Shown here: positions 62,457 to 64,000 of the stretch, piece by piece
Layout of the letters: the number at the start of each line of letters is the position of its first letter
Position numbering within the stretch: position 1 is the stretch's first letter
IMG/VR virus record: IMGVR_UViG_3300042997_002652
Location: 1-64,000 of that record
Direction: 5' to 3' (one strand)
DNA length: 64,000 nt
DNA from: a virus
Lineage: Duplodnaviria; Caudoviricetes
Made by a program: the position numbers and the translations under genes
Notes under the pieces: generated by a model
Told to the model about the DNA's origin: nothing
The model's input: the letters and a program-made list of their open reading frames with translations, nothing else
Database searches by the model: none

Positions 62457-63350
62457 TTATTTTACTTCATTTCCTGCTTGATCTACCAGTTTCATTCCTT
62501 TAGCTTTTTGTGCTTCTAGATACATAGGTCCAATAGTATTCAACAAATGGTCTTGATTTTCCTGGCAGAAGGTATAAGTACCTGTGTGTCTTAACAAAAC
62601 TCGTTTGTCAACCCAAATTCTACCACCTAGATCACGCCAATTTTCACACATAGTCCAGTCTTCTGAATAATATCTGTTTTGCCTTACTGCTGTGTCAAAG
62701 TAAGTTTTCAAGTACTTGTCATATTTAGGGTCAAGACCAATATCATTCTTATACTGCTTCACAGCAGGATGTCCGTTCATTTTTTCAAATACATGCTTCT
62801 TGGTTAATAAAAATCCAGTACCTGCTTTACTTACTTCTTGTAAACCATCGGCGCCTTCTTCTGCTCCATCAAACCCGTTTACTACCCATTTAATTGGCAT
62901 AGTTTTCATCGGGTAAAGTCCACCGATTACATCTACATCTCTGTTTAATAGAACCAGTAGATGCCATGGCTCCCAACCAATATCAGCGTCAATAAACATC
63001 AAGTGAGATGATTCAGGCATTTCTAAGAACTTGGCAGTCAGTGTATTTCTAGCTCTGCTAATTAGCGACTCGTTTACCATTGTCTCAAGAGTCCAGTCAA
63101 TGCCTAACTGTCTAGCAGTGTTAGCCCACTTGATATAACTCATGAATGTAGATTCTGTTAACATGCCACCGTAGCAGGGCATTGCCAAATGTGCTCTTGT
63201 AGTTCTTAAAAAATCTACATTGACTTGAACTTGATTTTGTGCGGGAGCTTCAGTGCCGCCGATGCTTGCTGCTTGTGGTGCTTTATCAGCTAGTTCCTGA
63301 ACTGCTTCTACTGGAATAGCTTTGTCTTGATTTGTTTTACGTTTTGCCAT
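62457..63350 (-). CDS. GT-A (family 2-like) glycosyltransferase
   Basis: AMPCYGG; ESLISRARN; FIDADIGW (DxD); GTGFLL; SEDW; HTG. Confidence 0.75.
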   Translation of the reverse strand: MAKRKTNQDKAIPVEAVQELADKAPQAASIGGTEAPAQNQVQVNVDFLRTTRAHLAMPCYGGMLTESTFMSYIKWANTARQLGIDWTLETMVNESLISRARNTLTAKFLEMPESSHLMFIDADIGWEPWHLLVLLNRDVDVIGGLYPMKTMPIKWVVNGFDGAEEGADGLQEVSKAGTGFLLTKKHVFEKMNGHPAVKQYKNDIGLDPKYDKYLKTYFDTAVRQNRYYSEDWTMCENWRDLGGRIWVDKRVLLRHTGTYTFCQENQDHLLNTIGPMYLEAQKAKGMKLVDQAGNEVK

Positions 63351-63402
63351 GTTATCCTCTTCAAATAAGTAATATTATTTACTATCTGAAGAGGACATCA
63401 AA

Positions 63403-63987
63403 TTATTTTTCTGAGATATAATCTGTAGATTCGTTAACTTGACTTATATCAATAGAACGATTTTTAGCTATAGGTCTGTTACCTTGCTTGGTTTTAAAGT
63501 TTTCATATTCAACTAATGCTTTTAACATGTTTTCTACTACACCAGCTTCGTACAGTGAATGATACAAATTGCTGTATCTTTTTTCTTTGATCATTTCTAC
63601 CATACTAGAAAACTTTCTTGTTAAGTTAGATAAAAGTGATTGTTCATCCCAAGTACCCATACCGCCGTCTGGTACAATCAAATGACCTTGTTCTGGATCG
63701 TTAATAAGAGTTGCTTCTTCAACATCCATTGACTCAAACTGATCTCTATCACTAGCCACTCTTCTTTCGCTTCCCTGACTTGGAAAACTATTACTTGATG
63801 AATTATTATTCTGTGTATTACTCTGTTTCTGTTTGGCTACTTTTGCAGCGGCCATATCTTGTGCTTTTGCTTTAATACGATTTAAGTCTCTTCTATCTAA
63901 AACAAAACCGTCTTCATTCTCTGCGCGATCAACCAATGCTTCATAATACTGTTTAGTTAGTTGCGTATACTGTTGTATGTTATCCAT
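63403..63987 (-). CDS. Hypothetical protein
   Basis: 194-aa ORF with a low-complexity linker and VEE/VNE sites. Confidence 0.65.
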   Translation of the reverse strand: MDNIQQYTQLTKQYYEALVDRAENEDGFVLDRRDLNRIKAKAQDMAAAKVAKQKQSNTQNNNSSSNSFPSQGSERRVASDRDQFESMDVEEATLINDPEQGHLIVPDGGMGTWDEQSLLSNLTRKFSSMVEMIKEKRYSNLYHSLYEAGVVENMLKALVEYENFKTKQGNRPIAKNRSIDISQVNESTDYISEK

Positions 63988-64000
63988 ATCAGAAGTTTGA

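Noticed and set aside
1-64000. Stop-codon reassignment as seen in some large phages
   Set aside because: Known genes (polB, clpX, ligase, guaC) are full length in code 11 and tile densely.
1-64000. tRNA or rRNA genes
   Set aside because: No cloverleaf with T-loop GTTC and D-loop signatures was found by eye in the intergenic gaps; tRNAscan-SE would be the definitive check.

Overview
A 64 kb segment of a large, AT-rich, T4-like (myovirus-type) dsDNA phage genome, read with the standard genetic code. Almost all genes are on the minus strand and a proteobacterial host is likely. From left to right: (i) tail-fibre-like and virion genes with auxiliary genes (SOD, IF-1, nucleotidase, dCMP deaminase); (ii) an 11-17.7 kb array of small early genes, many behind their own copy of a repeated sigma70 promoter cassette, some with IHF boxes; (iii) a proteostasis block (clpP, clpS, hsp20 with a ROSE-like leader, clpX); (iv) DNA ligase, RNase H-like nuclease and many hypotheticals; (v) a putative restriction-modification pair bracketed by a duplicated gene end; (vi) uvsE, then a 10 kb operon interleaving 7-deazaguanine genes (folE, queD, queE, dpdL-like, dpdA/TGT-like; no queC in the window) with two GT4 glycosyltransferases, galE, a cytidylyltransferase, a purine PRTase and guaC; (vii) a putative sliding clamp and family B DNA polymerase; (viii) late genes including dps. 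About a dozen unrelated proteins share an N-terminal MRAxEF(I/L)xE-type leader resembling the T4 capsid-targeting and prohead-protease signal. The most promising candidate systems are a possibly glycosylated 7-deazaguanine DNA modification pathway, a capsid-tagged cargo/polyprotein system, and a promoter-delimited gene cassette array whose 11-bp spacer box occurs in both orientations. No tRNA, rRNA, CRISPR array, integrase or reverse transcriptase was recognised. All family calls come from motif recognition by eye, with no database searches run.
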